NCBI RefSeq assembly: GCF_030684315.1
Contig: NC_081372.1
Coordinates: 55,805,070-55,869,069 of the forward strand
DNA: 64,000 nt
Source: Stegostoma tigrinum
Taxonomy: Eukaryota
Direction: 5' to 3'
Shown in pieces: positions 38,345 to 51,762 of the stretch. A program made the translations under genes and the position numbers. A model generated the notes under the pieces. The model made no database searches. It was not told the DNA's origin and saw only the letters and a program-made list of their open reading frames with translations. The first letter of the stretch is position 1. Every line of letters begins with the position of its first letter.

Positions 38345-41300
38345 ACACCAGGTTTGGTGCAGCAATAGCGATATATTTCCAAGTAAAGAGTGCACAGGAG
38401 AGCATGAGCATATGTGCGGCACCCATGCATTTGTTGCCCTTGTTCTTCTTAGAAAGAATTCAGATGCTAGAAGATGCTATAGAAGAAGCCTGGGCAAATT
38501 GCTGCTACGTATCATGTAAACAGTGGCAGCACTGTGTACTATGTATTGGTGGCAGACGAAGCAAACAATTAAAGTGGTCAATTTAGTGCTGATAATGAAA
38601 TCTTCTTGGTCCTATAAAGCAACAACTGAAGTTGGAGGTACCACTCAACCTGGAAAGTCAATCATGCTTCTGACATTGGAAATTATGAACAGCAGGAAGT
38701 CAGGAGGGGAGACTAACTTGAGATTTCCTAGCTGATCTATTTTTTGGTTTTATCCTTTCATGGTTTGCAGGCATTGTTGGTAAAGCCGATATTTGATGGT
38801 CATTTTTAAAATGATCCTTAGAAAACAGTTCATCACCATCACCTTATATCCAGTGCAGGTACATCATAGTACTTGTGGGAAGAGGTCTCCAGGATGATGA
38901 CCAATGGCACTGTAGTTCCAAGTCAGGAAATTGCCAAGTTTTCATATCAATTTAATATATTCATTCATGCAATGTGGGCTTCTGACTAGACCAGCATTTG
39001 CCACTGCTGAGATGGTGGTAATGATCAACCTTCTTGAAACACTGCAGATGGGTTCACTTGCAATTGGTGTTGGAAAGGGGATTCCAGGATTTTCACCAAG
39101 AAAAAGCAGGAAGGAACACAAGTCGTCAAGATGATACGCAGCTTGTAAGGGAACTTGCAGGCAGTGTTCTCATGCATAATCTGCCCTGGTGACAATGGTG
39201 CTGACAAAAAAGGACACTAAGTCACTGCAGTGCATCTTGTAGATAACATACACTGGCACCACTGTGCATTGGTGGCAAAGGAAGTAAACATTGAAGGTGA
39301 TGGATGAGGTGCCTATCAATTGGACTGCTGTGATCTGAACTGTTTTTTATTACTTATTTAAAAGGTGTGGAGATCACTGGCTAGGCCAGAGCTTATTTCC
39401 ATCCTGACTACCCAGAGGGCAAGGCTGAATCAACTATATTGCTGTGGGTCTGAAGTCAAAAGATAGGCCAGACCAAGACATTAATGAGCTAAATGGCTTT
39501 TTAAACAAGCAGTTACATGGCCATCCTGAGGCCAGCTCTTTATTCCAGATTTTATTGAAGTCAAATGTCACCATCTGCCAAGGTGGAAATTGAACCCACA
39601 TCCCCGCAACACTGACACAGGGTTTTGAATTACTCATCTAGTAACATTGTCACTACGCCTCCCCATATGTTGAACTTCCTGAATGCTGCTGGAGCTGCGC
39701 CGACCCAGGCAAGGGGAGAGCATCCTATCAGCAAACGGCTTGTAGACTGTGAACAGGCACTGGGTAGACAGGAAGCAAGTTGGTTGCCATAGAATTTCCA
39801 GTCCCAACTTGTTCTTGTAGCCACAGTATTTATATGGCTAGTCAATGGCAACCCCCAAGGTAATGAGAGTGGGGGGGATTCAATGATACTAAAGGGGTCA
39901 TGGACAGATTGCATGTTTGAGCTGGTCATTGCCTGACACTTACAATGTGTTAATATTACTTGCCGCTTCAGCCTAAGCTTGGATGCTGTTGAAATCTTAC
40001 TGCACTTGAACACTGCTGGTTGTTTCAGTAACTGAGAAGTCAAGTGCCAACAAGCAAATTTCAGTAACAATTACATACCTCCACTTTTGGTGGAGGCAAA
40101 GTAATTAATAAAGGAGCTGAAAGTGGTGGGGTAAAATACATTACACTGCTGTTGAAGGGGATCTTGTGGTGCAGTGACTAGTAGCCCTACATTTGAGCTA
40201 ACAGTCCTGTGTTCAAATCCCACCAAGCTGTAGGAACATTTAAAAACCATCTCTGAGCAGGTTTGATTAGAAATTATCTATCCTACTGTTGATTTCTTGT
40301 GGCACAGTAATTACACCTCTACCTTTGAGCCAAAGTTCAAGTTCCAATTGCTTCAGAGGTGTATCATTATTGATGAGAAACCATTTCTTTACAGGAGTGC
40401 TGGAAGCCCAGGCTCAAATCTCTCCTAGAGCAGAGGTATGACCTATCATAATAGACCGATTAGATAATATGCTTTGATGTCCGACTCGTCCATCTAAGTT
40501 TCTAGTTAATGAAAACTGCCAGGATACTGATGATTGGGGGTTCAGTGATGATAAAGTTGTTGAACATCATGACAGTTAGGTTCTCTTGTTGGAGACGGTC
40601 ATTATATAGCACTTGCTAATTATCAGATGAAATCTGAATGCTGTCCAAGTCTTAAATGACGAAGTAGTCCATATCGATGAACAGCATCTGAAGAATCAAA
40701 TATGGTGTTTAACACTGCATACCAGTGAATATTTCCACTTCTGACCTTATGATGGAGAGAACGTCCTTAACAAAGCTGATTATGTCTAAGACACTACCCT
40801 GAGAAACTCCAGCAGTGATATCCTAGGTAGAGATGAATGATATCAAACAAACACTCAACTGTCCCCTCTCTAGTTTTAATGACTTTTCATTTTACTATTT
40901 CTACTGACTTTAAATTTTCCTGAGGCACCTCGATGCCACACTCTGTCAAATGCTGCCTTGAAGGCAAAGACAGTCTATCAATTTGCCTCAAAAGTTCAGC
41001 TTTTTGGTCCACTTTTGGATTAAAGTCGTCACTAGTTCTGGAACCAAGTTAGTATCAGGAACAAGCTTTTACTGAATATGTGGAATTAGTTAGGAACGTC
41101 AATGACATGTTTCATTCATTTCCTGATGAGGCAGCGACTAGCCAGAATGCACTGGTCTTGTTATCCTGTGGACCGGATATACCCAGACTACCAAAATTCC
41201 CAAATAAATACCAGTGTTTTTAATTACACTGGAACAGCTTGCTAACAGAACATGGCTAGTGCTGGAATACAAATCTTCAGTACAACAGATGGAATCTCAT

Positions 41301-41480
41301 CAGGGCAAACGGTCTTTACTCTTTATGCTATTTCTTGATGACACACAGGATGAATGAAATTAGTTGAAGATTGGAGGTTCACACATCACAGTGCCAAAGG
41401 GGCCAAGATGAATCATCCACTCAACACTTCTGGCTGACGATCATTGCAAACATTCAGTCTGGTCTTTATCGGCTGACAAA
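38345..41480 (-). mobile_element. Mosaic of minus-strand CR1/L2-group LINE fragments with nested SINEs (39350-39665 -, 40157-40470 +)
   Basis: Repeated reverse-complement matches to 1450-2890, e.g. gatgccacactctgtcaaatgctgccttga and gggaacttgcagg. Confidence 0.7.
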
Positions 41481-43676
41481 CACCATTTAGGATGAGAAAT
41501 TTTGTTTTTATTTGCATTCACTAACTTCCTCCAGTTGTTATTCCACACTGCCACTGGTCCTCAGTTTCTCTACTCTCTTCAGGAGCAGTATAAGCTGCAA
41601 ACATTTTGACAATCATCAGCTGCATTGCCTGCTTAGTTTCACCTTCTAACAAACCGGTTTAACCTCAAAATGTCCTCGCCAAGAGACTGGCAAAGTCAAA
41701 GTCAATCTCCAAATTCTTGCTATGTCACCATAATTAAAATGGAGATTTAAATTCAAATCCTCAACTTGAGAATTCATCATCAAGCCTTCCTAACAAAATA
41801 TTCAGGAGTACCTGACAATCATTTCAGGAACCTGTCACTCCTTTTTGCTACATATTCTTCTACAATATATAGACACTGCAATGTGAAAAACAACAAAAAA
41901 AAGAACAAGTAGAACTTACAAAATTCACCAATATCAATGAAGATACTAAGTAAATTGGCAATAAAATTTTAAATATATAATAGCTCACATTATATTAGAC
42001 TTTATTGTTAGTACTTCCACTGTTTAAGAAAACGAATGCAATGTATCCAAGTGACTGTTCTGTAGCCATTTCAACAACTTTCGATATATTTAACTTCAAG
42101 AACTGGATAGCCACTCTGACTTAGTGATTTCTTAGGGAGATTCCACAGGGATCACCGACAATGTCATATAATAAACAATACTAACAAGAACAAATATAAC
42201 CATTTAATACTTAAAGATGAGTGCTAAAAGTGATGTCTGAACATACTTCACAAACACGTCAGTACATATAACAATACACTATACAATGCTGAAATGAAAA
42301 TCTTAACATTTGTGTATCCTTCCTACTCCAAACAAAAACCAAGTCAACCTCACCTTCCCAAATATTTAGGCAAATCTTTTGATCACAATTTTTTTTCGTC
42401 AATTGTTTCCAAAGAGAGAACCATTCTGAACTCGAAACAAAATGTACTCAAAGAAGGTTTAACTGGTTGATTACTAGAATAATTATTACGCAGTACAGTT
42501 GGTTACTGTGAGTTTTAAAGGAAATCTCATTTTCTCCCTTCGGTTCTACAAAGTTTGCCTTGAAGACAAATCGGACAAACATACATTTAAACTGGCAGTT
42601 AAACTGTTTGCATTAACTGAAGTAAAAACAATATTTAGTAACTCTCACTATAAAGTGCAAATGGACAATTTTGGTGGATTCAATTTGGTGATCATTTGAA
42701 TTGAGTTACATTGTGCCAAAGTAACATTTTGTATAGACTTTGCACGAACACAATCGTCAGACAAAATGCATATCTACTTTTGCTAGAGTATGCTGGCTGA
42801 CCAGTTCCAGTGACACAGTCATTGCATTAAAATCTGTACAAACACTATTTAAATGTTTGTCTAAATAGAGAGGGGAAATAATGCTATCTTGCAAAATAAA
42901 TCTCAAATTAATCAGCATCTTATCAGTATTTTCACATTTTACATTTAAAGGGTGTTTAATTAAATTACAGCCTTAAAACATGTCCCATTAACATGTCTGA
43001 GCTACCTAAAATTGCACTTCAATTCAAAAAATGGACCACATTTTTTTGAAAAAATGGTTTCATTTCTGTGTGTAGCTTACACAAACCACTTCTTGTGCCT
43101 ACAAGCCAATCCTCTTTAAAGTTTCTGTAGTCATCTCAATCATTTAAATTTAACTTTTAATCATCTGAGTATGCAGTAAATCATAAAATGTTCAATCTTT
43201 TATCTGATCTAATAAAGTTGCGACAACCTGTTAGCCACCTACCCATTTCGGTAGTTTACAAAACATTTGTAAGCTGCGTGCAGAATCTTAAAATTTAAGT
43301 ACATTTGGAATCAAATCAGCCAACTCTTGATTTAATGCATTTAGAGCAATACCTTGAATTGGGAAGTTCTGAAAATACTGTTAAATGCAAAATTGGATAT
43401 TACCCAGCAATAAATTTGCAGTGACATTAATTCTCACAACAAGATGATTTATAGACCAAAAAACAAGTAATCCAGCTCAAAATTATACATAGGGAATAGA
43501 ATCCACTTAAAAAATATCTGCACTACTACAATGTTGTTTGAACTTCATTGCTTGGGACAAAAATCAATAGATAAAAACAATACTAACAGAATCTGATGAG
43601 TTGCTACATGATTCATGGGCAAGAAAAAATAGAGCAAACAAATAATAATATTCAAAAAGATCCAAGAGATATTTGA

Positions 43677-43895
43677 GAAGTTGTAGGAACTGCCGATGCT
43701 GCAGAATCTGAGATAACAAGGTGTAGAGCTGGATGAACACAGCAGGCCAAACAGCATCAGAGGCGCAGGAAGGCTGACGTTTCTGGCCCAGACGCTTCTT
43801 CAGAAAATTGGAAAAGGCAGCTATAGGCCTCAAACATCAGCCTTCATGCTCCACTTGGCCTGCTGTGCTCATCCAGCTCCACACCTTGTTATCTG
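43677..43895. mobile_element. Penelope-like element family 1, inverted-end insertion with 13-bp TSD
   Basis: Minus-oriented end with extension (43677-43807) and plus-oriented end (about 43823-43894). AAGAGATATTTGA flanks it at 43664-43676 and 43896-43908. Confidence 0.88.
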
Positions 43896-44654
43896 AAGAG
43901 ATATTTGAACCTGGTTATAAATAAAACAAAGGAATACCTTAAAGCAAAAAAGGAACCTTAAAATAAATTGTATTTTGAACAGGACAGATTTGCATTGCAA
44001 GACTTGGTTTGGCTACAGTTACAAATCAAAAAGACTGAACTAGAAACAATACAGGTTCCAGTAGACTTATGAGCATTTAAAAGGAAAAAAATTAAAAAGG
44101 AAAATACATTAACTTGTAATATACTACATTTCTGGTCTCCATAACTATTAGTAACTGATATTTACTTCTGGGTGGGGGGCAATCACAAATGAGGATGTTA
44201 ACATTGAAAAAAGTCAAACATCTTTCACCTTGGGTATCAGGTGTAATCAAGCACCACCACACCATTCAACGATATTCAAAAACTCCTAACGTAACAAGGA
44301 AATTAAGATTAGGAAAAATTCAAATGATTGGAAAATATTAAAACTGATGAATGAAACATGCATGTTGGTTACTCTCATTTGTCCTAAATTTTTATTACAT
44401 TCTGCACTGTTATAACAAATCGCCACTATGTCACAGATCAAAGTACGTGCACAACCCTCTATGAAGCTGCCCTTTCACCAAGGTCTTGTTCATATCCTAG
44501 TGGCCACGAGGTTGGGCCGTATGATACGTGCTCGAGCCTAACAGTCAAGGTATTGAAATCTTACTTTTACTGAACTATTTTGGTTTAATTTTAACTATAT
44601 GTTTTTGAAAAAGTTAAGTACCGCCATTCTCCACTCGAAGACGGTGCTAATTTC

Positions 44655-45055
44655 AAAGAACAAAGAACAAAGAAAATTACAGCACAGGAACAGGCCCTTT
44701 GGCCTTCCAAGCCTGCACAGATGAAGATCCTCTGTCTAATCTGCCATCTATTTTCTAAGGGTCTGTGTCCATTTGCTCCCTGCCCAAATATATCTTAAAA
44801 GACGCTAACGTGTCTGCGTCTACCACCGCTGCTGGCAACGCGTTCCAGGCACCCACCACCCTCTGTGTAAACTTTCTACGCATATCTCGCCTAAACTTTC
44901 CTCCTCTCACTTTGAACTCATGAACCCTAATAATTGAGTCCCCTACTGTGGGAAAAAGCTTTGCTATTCACCCTGTCCACACCCCTCTTGATTTTGTTGA
45001 CCTCAATCAGGTCCCCCCCTCAATCTCCGTCTTTCTAATGAAAATAATCCTAATT
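44655..45055 (-). mobile_element. CR1 3' fragment with (TTCTTTG)n tail
   Basis: caaagaacaaagaacaaagaa tail; acagcacaggaacaggcccttt; gcgttccaggcacccaccaccctctg. Confidence 0.9.
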
Positions 45056-45324
45056 TCGGCCTGGTAATTCTGGGGTAGCCTTCTTCGTTCAACCAAAACA
45101 GGCAAGGCTCAACACTCATTCCTAATGGAGATGCAGGTTCAAGTGCAATCCGTTTCAGGAGTAGAACATACTAACATTTTTGAAGATGTTGATTAGAAAA
45201 TATTACCAGGTAGATAATTTATCATTTCTAATTTCTCTTGCAGTACTGACGTGCTAAATTATAGGTACTATGAGATGCACCCAAAGAATCATGTAAAATA
45301 CATTTTGGCAATTTTATTCCAAGA

Positions 45325-45710
45325 TCTCTGGAGAGAAGGAGGAAGACAGGTGACCTGATCGAGGTGTACAAAAGGTAATGAGAGACATGGATAGTCAGAG
45401 ACTTTTCCCCAGGGCAGGATTGACTGCCACGAGGGGTCATAGTTTTAAGGTGTTAGGAGGAAGGTATAGGGGAGACGTCAGAGGGAGGTTCTTCACCCAG
45501 AGAGTTGTAAGTGCATGGAATAGTTTACCAGTGGTAGTCGTGGAAGCAGAGTCATTAGTGACATTTAAGCGACTGCTGGACATGCACATGGACAGCAGTG
45601 AATTGAGGGGAATGTAGGTTAGGTTATTTTATTTTTGGATTAGGATTATTCCACGGCACAACATCGTGGGCCAAAGGGCCTGTACTGTATTGTACTTTTC
45701 TATGTTCTAT
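45325..45710 (+). mobile_element. Relatively young CR1 3' fragment
   Basis: Open ORF 45378..45617 (TRGHSFKVLGGRYRGDVRGRFFTQRVVSAWNSLP..FKRLLD); tail ttctatgttctat. Confidence 0.92.
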
Positions 45711-46764
45711 CTTTAACTGCTAGAGAAAACAATTTTTTTCTGCACCTATGAGTCCCTATCCAGAGACCAAAAAGTAAGAGCTGGTGTCCCTACCAACTGA
45801 GACTGCAAATACAAGAATTCAACATTGTCTTGCTGGCCAGAAAACTGCATACACAAGTTACTGAGCAAAACGTTCGGGTAAAGAATTTCTCAATTTTGCA
45901 CAACTTCACAATGACACCAAATTAAAGGCAATTACAATGAAAATATCAAATGCATACCCCAGCATAGTCAATGGTCTGCACAATATTCTACACAATATAC
46001 AAAGCCATTTACTTTCCATTCCAAAACGACAACTGTCGTTTGGCATTTCAACTCAAAATATTCAACATTTTTAAAACATTTAACAGCTGCTTTCCACATT
46101 GCTAAATAACCACAATACAGCATAGGAAAATTCATCTCCCATTTTACAACATAAAAATCATCCTAATCATTCAATGCAAGTCACTGAGGAATCCGTTATC
46201 AGAGTACAAAATTAAAACTGGCTCAAATAGAGCAAGGAGACAAATTCTCTTGCACACAATTTAATCCATATGCTTTTGAAAAAGCATTGTCAAAACTCTA
46301 CAATGCGGAAAAGCGATGGCTGTTTTACAACAAATAGCAACAACATGGACTATACTGTGCCATTCTTATTAGCTTATTAGGGGGAAAAAAAGCATTACGA
46401 CATGTTGATTTTGCACTTACAAATATCCCCAAAAACAAAAATTATTGGAAGATGGAGGAGTGTAAATTTTACCAAAAGTTAGATTTGATAAAGGCCACTC
46501 CTGACTGATAGACACTTCTTCCCCAGAACAATAAAAAAATTACCTCCAGTCATGCATTAAAAAGCACGTTTTAGCTTAACTGCCGTTCAATAAGTGAATA
46601 TATAAAGTAACATATCTGATTTCCCCAAGAGCACTCTGGAAATTAACTCCAGAAATCCAGAATTTCATCAGCTTCCAATTCGTAAGGCGCCACATAAAAG
46701 ATTATTTAAAAAGCTAGTGTTACTAGCGATATACTAGCATTGATAGCAGAATGCCTAAAAACAG

Positions 46765-47950
46765 AGACAGAATAAATGGGTCATTTTCAGTTTGGCAAAT
46801 GAACCATTAGAAAACCCCAAGGATTAGTGCTGGAGCTTCAAATATTTACAATCTATAATAGTGACTTGGATAAAGGAACAGACTATAGTGCAGCCAAAAT
46901 TGCAGAATGGTACAAGGATGGACAGGAAAACAAGTTGCAAGGGATATACAGAGATTCTGCAAAAGAATTCTAAGTGCAGGTTAAATGAGCAGACAAAAAA
47001 TTTGTAGATGGAATACGTGAAGTTGTCTTTGGCAAGAACAAAAAAGCAGATTATTTAAGTGGAGCAAGGCTGCACAATACAGCAGTAAAAAGGAACCAGA
47101 GTGTCCTCATACATAAATTACTAAAAAGTTAGTTATAATGTATAAGCAATTAGGAAAACAAATGGAATATTGGTTTTTATTGTACTGGTATTTCTGCTAT
47201 AATGCATGTTCCATTAAAGCGAATTGGCTATAAAGCGACTTATGAATTGTAGATGCTGTTGGGATAACACTAACTTTCTATTGTACAGTATAGCAATTTC
47301 CCTATGATGCGATTTTCTATTGTGCAAGGTCACACAAGAACACAACCATCACACTAAAGGAGAAAGGCCTGTAATGGGAATGAAGCATGGAAATAGGAAA
47401 TTCCTACTACACTTGTGCAGGGCACTAGTAAAACAACACCTGGACTGCTGTTGGCCATTTTGATGTCCTTACTGAAGCAGGGATATGCTTGCATTGGAAA
47501 CAGTTCAAAGAACATTCACTAGGCTGATCCCGGTGTTATTTTATGATAAAAACAATTTTAGCAAATTAGATTCGTAGTCAATTGAAAGAGAAGTACGTGA
47601 GGTGACCTTATTGAAATACAAGATTCAAAGGAGCCTTGTCAAACTAGACAGTGAGATACAATGTTTCCTAACATGGAGAAATCAAGAACTACAGGGGAAC
47701 ATTTGAAATTAGCAGGCCTTCCATTCAGGAAAGACTAGGAGGAATTTTTTCTCCTGGAGATAGCTCACCTATGGAATTCTCATCCTGAGAGCAATGGAAG
47801 CTGCATGATTCGACATATTCAGATTTATCAAAGGAGTCAAAGGTTTCGGAGTTCATGCAATAAAGTGGAGTTAATGGGGAACAATCAAACCAGCCATGAA
47901 TGGAAAAAGCAGCTCAAAAGGCCAAAATGCTTATGCCTTTGCTTATTTGT
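46765..47950 (+). mobile_element. Degenerate CR1 ORF2 3' half
   Basis: PQGLVL..Q.FTIY..DLD (RT) and ALETVQRTFTRLIP motifs; CR1 tail at about 47880-47950. Confidence 0.8.
47185..47371. mobile_element. Tc1/mariner (Tigger-like) MITE nested in CR1
   Basis: TA on both sides; imperfect TIRs (ctggtatttctgctataatg versus revcomp caggcctttctcctttagtg). The host CR1 reads through once it is removed. Confidence 0.6.
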
Positions 47951-48971
47951 ATCCTCATGATCAGACAGAATACAACCATGTATTCTTGCAACAAAATCCA
48001 CTGGCCCAATTCCAGGTTACATCCAGCGTATGATCCCATCGAAAAGCTCTGAGAAAGTTCTAGTTTCTACCTTTTTTAAGCTTATCATATTTCTAAAACA
48101 AATACAAATAAAGCTGACAAATACTAATTTTCAGAAAAGTACACAATTATAATAAAACACATTCCATTTTAAAGCAATTTCACATTGAAATGCCCCAAAT
48201 CTAAATGACTAATGCAGGTACTAATCTCTGATAGATAAGCATTAATGAAAAAAAATGTCAGGCTGTAGACCAGCAAACACAATAGAACTGGCTGAGACAA
48301 AGATGAAAACATCATCCTGAGTGCACGAAGGCAAGTGTCAGATGTATCACAGAAAACTCACTTCACACTTCCCCATATATATCTGCTCAGGAATAGCGAA
48401 ACCAGACAAACAGATTCTAATTTGGAGAAAAGGGCTTCAGTATTTCACCTCTAGTGGTGTCCTGAATAGGGTTTATGGGTTCCAATGCAATTGCAAATAT
48501 TTGCACTAGTTTGGGTATTACACAAACAGCACAGCACTAAGTTTTCAATATTTTAATGTGGCATTCAGAAAACCTGTATGAAGGTTCTCCAGAAGTTTGC
48601 AAAATCAATGATGTTACAGGGCACTATATTGGTCAAAGAAATCTCATTAAACTGGTCTACATGCCAATATTTTAACAACCAGCACCATTAACAATCAATC
48701 ATTCTCAATTTGCCATAAAACAATTTCCTCTTGCAGTTTAAAAACTCCAGTTGATCAACAGAAAATGCATTCTTTCAACAAGGCATATTTGCAAGCTCGG
48801 TGTATGAAGATTACCCACACCCAAATATAACAAGCTCTGTCCATAATAGCAAACTGAGATTCAACGTTACTTTACCAAAGCCCTAACATTCAAGTAGACT
48901 GAAGCTCAGGTAAATTGCAAGTAAAATTCTCATATTTATGCCATTTGCTGGAGACTTCATAAGCCACTTAC

Positions 48972-49091
48972 CGGTGTAAATTCGAAGTTTTTCTGATTCG
49001 CTAAGTTTAGAATGTACTCCAATCGAAACTGATTCTCTGGATTGGCTAATGGGACTGGTGGTACAAGCGTATTCATTGCACCCACTATGGT
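48972..49091 (-). CDS. GNAS: GNAS coding exon equivalent to mammalian exon 5 ([40 protein letters not shown])
   Basis: Acceptor ttttattatag|ACC, donor CCG|gtaagt, 120 nt, phase 0/0. Matches the Gs-alpha helical domain. Confidence 0.97.
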
Positions 49092-49880
49092 CTATAATAA
49101 AATTAAGAACAATCATTCAGGGTCAATCGTTTAGATCACTGTCCCCTTCTCCAACCCCCAACCCATCTGGTTTACTCATTGGCCATCACATTCTAATCAA
49201 TTTCTAGCCTCCACGATGCTGTTTATTATTCAAGAAATGATATAAGGCAATTTTGCACTAGCACAGTCAGCAGGCTATTCAACAACAGAAGTCACAATAA
49301 AGAGTCTGGGTTGATCCTGTTTGTGTTGATCACATTTTTCAACAGGGATAGGGATCACAAGCAGGAGAGCAATTTATGGCTCCCACAAATATCCGGATTC
49401 CTTAGGTCAGGGACATACCAATCTCTACCAACTCAAACCAATATTAGCTTACACTGATGATAAAACCTGGGACATGCCAGAGATCAGTTCTAAGAGTAAC
49501 TGACTCAATTCTATAGCATGAGCTCCAAAGATTGTGAAACAGAGCACAATATCAACTTCAATGATGTGACTGATGCAAGGGTCACAAAATTTACAATTCT
49601 TGCTCTGCAACCTAATATTCAATCACTCAAGTTAGCTAAGCTACAATAAATATTACTGACAGAAGCAGAGGAGGCAGAATGTGAGTGACTCAAACCACTT
49701 CTTATTTGATCAGTTGTAATAGTGGAAACCACTACATCATGATGGGTTTTATCTATTCTGATAGATATGTACATCAAGTCTGAAGTCAGAACTATTAAAA
49801 ACAATCAACCAGAATAATACTTTATTAGTAACAGTTGTACATACATAAGCAAGCTAGGTAAAGACAAAAGAAGGGCTTAC

Positions 49881-49935
49881 CTCTATAGCTTCTTTAATAT
49901 TATTTTTAATATCTTGAATTTTCCGTTTTTTCTCA
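49881..49935 (-). CDS. GNAS: GNAS coding exon equivalent to mammalian exon 4 (D-EKKRKIQDIKNNIKEAIE)
   Basis: Acceptor cttctcttcaacag|T, donor GAG|gtaagc, 55 nt. Phase is compatible with exon 2 (GA+T = Asp). Confidence 0.97.
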
Positions 49936-50081
49936 CTGTTGAAGAGAAGTATTGAATTATTCTTTTAAAATATTCACATATTACAGTAGCAGTTACAATT
50001 GGCAGCTCAAAGGTTTTACCCTTTCATAAATATAGTTCTGTCTTTTTGCAATTTTTTTTCTGATTAAGGGCAAAGTACACA

Positions 50082-50397
50082 GGTAGCACAGTGGCTCAAT
50101 GGTTAGCACCGCTACCACTGTGCCAGGAACCCAGATTCAATTCCAGTTTCAGGTGACTGTGTGGAGTTTACACATTCTTCCAGTATCAGTGGGGTTTCAT
50201 CGAGGTGCTGCAGTTTCTTCCCACAGTCCAAAGATGTGCACGTAAGGTGGAATGGCCATGCTAAATTATCCATACAACCAGATACTTGTAGGCTAGGTGG
50301 CTTTGCCATAGGAAATGCAGGATTACAGGGATAGAATGCTCTGGGTAATATGGACTCGACAGGCCGAATGGCCTGCTTCCACACAGTAGTGATTCTA
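50082..50397 (+). mobile_element. HE1-type V-SINE in GNAS intron 2
   Basis: gtagcacagtggctcaatggttagcac head, V-domain cccacagtccaaagatgtgca, CR1 tail ggccgaatggcctgcttccacac. Confidence 0.88.
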
Positions 50398-51469
50398 TCA
50401 ACACGAACAGTCAATTTCCTAACCTCCAGAAAGAGGGGCAAGAGTTTACACTTCACATCTATACTAAAGTTGCACTACAGTTCCAGAGTTGGAAGTCTCA
50501 CATTACTTCACAGTAACAAAAGAGTACTGTCAGCCACTGGTTGAACTGCGTAAAGCGTTATCCTAATGTGGTCTCCAATTTAATTTAATTAAATACCAAG
50601 GGAATCTATGCTGTATAAACACCTAAAATTGAACTACTGGGAATATCATAACATGCACATAACTCTCTCCTGAGCATAAAGTTCAAATTCTAGCTAGACA
50701 ACTACTAATCTGAGACCAATAGTTACAGTCTAAATACAGAATTTAAAATAAAACCATAAGTTACAGATGAAAGCACATTTCTCACTGGTTAACCTGTTTG
50801 CTTTAGCAGAAAATGTTACTTTGTTAATCCCCTTGTCATGTTTCATTACAGAATCCCAGACTTCCAAAGGATTCCCACTTGGTGTTGACCAGCCAAAATA
50901 AAGCACAGATTTTTTCAATGGCGTGATTTCTATTAACAAACCAAAAGTGAGCAAAATTTTAAAAAGTATGATAACAGCAACTAAATTGTAATATGCCAAT
51001 CTGCAGGACAAACAGTTGAACAAAATTAGTGCAAACCTTCAAACTAAACAATCTGTATTTAAATAGCATCTTTAATGCACTAACATCCCAAGCTAAATCA
51101 TGAAGTGTTACAAAGCAAAACTTAAACACCAAATAAGGAGTAACCTGCACAGACAAAGAATTGCTTGGCCAAAGAGATGGTCATTAAGAAATAAAGCTTG
51201 TACATTGAAATCTACTTCAAACTTGAAAATCTCAGAAGGAAACAAGAAATTTTGCATAAATGTTGGACATTTGAAAGCCGACTGCATTGACCACTGAAAT
51301 TTCCAAATGTGATCCAGTTGATTATTAGAGAAGCCAGGGCCACAGTATCCACCAAGCCTTCAACTTTGAATGCATTTAAAATAGCAAACAAATATTTTCA
51401 GTAAATGTAACTCAAATGCAAATATAACATTTCATAAAATGCACACACATGAAACTATGCTATTCGGTA

Positions 51470-51762
51470 TGGGGAAGCGATAGCCTTGTGGGTTCAAATC
51501 CTGCCACACTCCCCACCCCGTGGGTGGAATTTGAATTCATTAATAAGATTTGGATTTAAAGAGTCCAATGATAGACCATGAAAAACTCATCAGCTGCACT
51601 GATGTCCTTTCAGGAAAGAAACTGCAATCCTTACGTGATCTGGCCTGGAGATGTGTCTGCAGACACACAGATGTGTTTGATTCTTAACCAGCCTCCGGGC
51701 AAATAGAAATGGGCAATAAATACTGCCTAGCCGGCAACCCTCATCCCATGAATGAATAAAAA
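51470..51762 (+). mobile_element. tRNA-derived SINE (Meta/MESC-like core) in GNAS intron 2
   Basis: B box gggttcaaatcc, core gatgtcctttcaggaaagaaactgcaatccttac..g.tctggcct, tail gggcaataaat.ctgcctagcc...cccatgaatgaataaaaaa. Confidence 0.78.

Larger units (their letters stand above)
1..48971 (-). other. GNAS: Very large GNAS intron after the exon-5 equivalent; continues beyond the window start
   Basis: A by-eye search for the next exon (EFYEH..LW.DEGV..C.ERSNEYQLIDCAQY) found no match in 1-48971. The region is dominated by repeats. Confidence 0.8.

Noticed and set aside
44655-45710. Single twin-primed CR1 insertion
   Set aside because: The two opposed pieces each have their own 3' tail of different type, are clearly diverged, and show no shared TSD. 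More likely independent insertions.
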